From an uncultured Holophagales bacterium (GTDB lineage Bacteria; Acidobacteriota; Thermoanaerobaculia; Multivoradales; UBA5704): a stretch of 64,000 nucleotides of DNA. Shown piece after piece: positions 63,144 through 64,000 of the stretch. The notes beneath the pieces were generated by a model. It ran no database searches, had not been told where the DNA came from, and was given only the letters and a program-made list of their open reading frames with translations. The stretch spans positions 576,001-640,000 of the forward strand of contig CAWJGT010000034.1 of NCBI GenBank assembly GCA_963842525.1, given 5' to 3'. The position numbers and the translations under genes are program-made. How positions within the stretch are numbered: the stretch's first letter is position 1; each line of letters opens with the position of its first letter.

Positions 63144-63527
63144 TCAGACCAACGCTGCCACAAGCGCCGCGATCCCTGCCACCAGGGCCACACCGCTGAT
63201 CCACAGGATGAGCTGCATCCTGCGAGCGAGGGAATCGACGCTGCCGGTCAGGGCGTCGAGCTGTTTCGCAATGTCGGCGACCAAGGCGGACTGCTGGGTC
63301 TCGTTGTCCTGAAGGCGGCGGACCTGGGCTTCCAGGTCGGCGAGACGGGCAGTCAGGCCGGTCGTGGGATCGGGACCGGGACGAGGCTCGGTGCGCTGCT
63401 GCTGGCGCTGCCGGTTCTTCTCATACAGGACCCGGGCAGCCTCGACGATCTGCGGCGCGTGTCGCATGACCTCGTCCCAACGCACCGACTTGCCGAGGAT
63501 CTCCCAGATTCGTCCCTTCTCTGCCAT
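63144..63527 (-). CDS. Coiled-coil protein with C-terminal TM
   Basis: Heptad region and hydrophobic tail. Confidence 0.65.
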   Translation of the reverse strand: MAEKGRIWEILGKSVRWDEVMRHAPQIVEAARVLYEKNRQRQQQRTEPRPGPDPTTGLTARLADLEAQVRRLQDNETQQSALVADIAKQLDALTGSVDSLARRMQLILWISGVALVAGIAALVAALV

Positions 63528-63617
63528 GGCACGAATTCATATGCAAGGGCGCTGCCCCTTCCCGGCAGCGAGGTGGCTACGGCGGCTCACTTCCCGCTCA
63601 TGCGAAAATAGGAGGCC

Positions 63618-64000
63618 ATGCCCCAGGACCGCCCGCCCATCCCGGCTGAGATCGAACGGCAGGTCCTCGTCGAGGCGGGCCACCGTTGTGCCGTTTGCGG
63701 GGAGACGGCTCCGCTGGAGCTGGCTCACATCGTCGCCTGGAGCCGGGTCAGGAACCATACGGCGGACAACCTGATCTGCCTATGCGCCGGCTGTCACGGC
63801 CGCGCCGACTTCGAAAAATGGGGTGCCAAAACCCTCCGGCGGTACAAGAACAACCCCTGGGTGCGGCAGCGGAGCCGGGAGCCGATGGAGCAGCCTCGCT
63901 TCCGCCACAACCTTCCCTTCACATCGCTCGGCCCGCTGTTTCATGGCCGCGAGGTGATGCTGGCGCGGTTGCGCGAGACGCTGGAGCGCACGCCCGCCGG
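63618..64000 (+). CDS. HNH endonuclease fused to NB-ARC-type N-terminus (partial)
   Basis: RBS GGAGG; EAGHRCAVC...LAHI...NLICLCAGCH, then HNLPF..LG.LF.GRE; runs off the window. Confidence 0.8.
   Translation, partial: MPQDRPPIPAEIERQVLVEAGHRCAVCGETAPLELAHIVAWSRVRNHTADNLICLCAGCHGRADFEKWGAKTLRRYKNNPWVRQRSREPMEQPRFRHNLPFTSLGPLFHGREVMLARLRETLERTPA

Overview
GC-rich bacterial DNA. The VWA, ELWxxDGT and FN3 gene families suggest Acidobacteriota (Thermoanaerobaculia-like); this is an inference. About 11 single-base frameshifts suggest long-read indel errors. Housekeeping genes (asparaginase, pseudouridine synthase, a 3-adaptor MacAB-type exporter, lemA, thyA-folA) alternate with accessory DNA. Main observations: (1) a two-gene RiPP-like locus, where a 60-aa Cys-rich double-Gly precursor is followed by a PqqD/RRE-like domain fused to a eukaryote-type protein arginine methyltransferase (PRMT) fold with double-E and THW loops; (2) a decayed, integrase-free integron cassette region (25.4-31.5 kb) with one intact attC, several half sites, a B3-E metallo-beta-lactamase and two copies of a TTGACA-N17-TATGCT promoter; (3) a complete group II intron inserted exactly inside a REP hairpin; (4) two Ser/Thr kinase-TPR plus sigma-54 activator modules next to genes with -24/-12 promoters, one a ~1100-aa toxin-like protein; (5) TIR- and HNH-headed NB-ARC proteins, TA modules, duplicated gene ends flanking inserts, and three unrelated 21-bp-period arrays.
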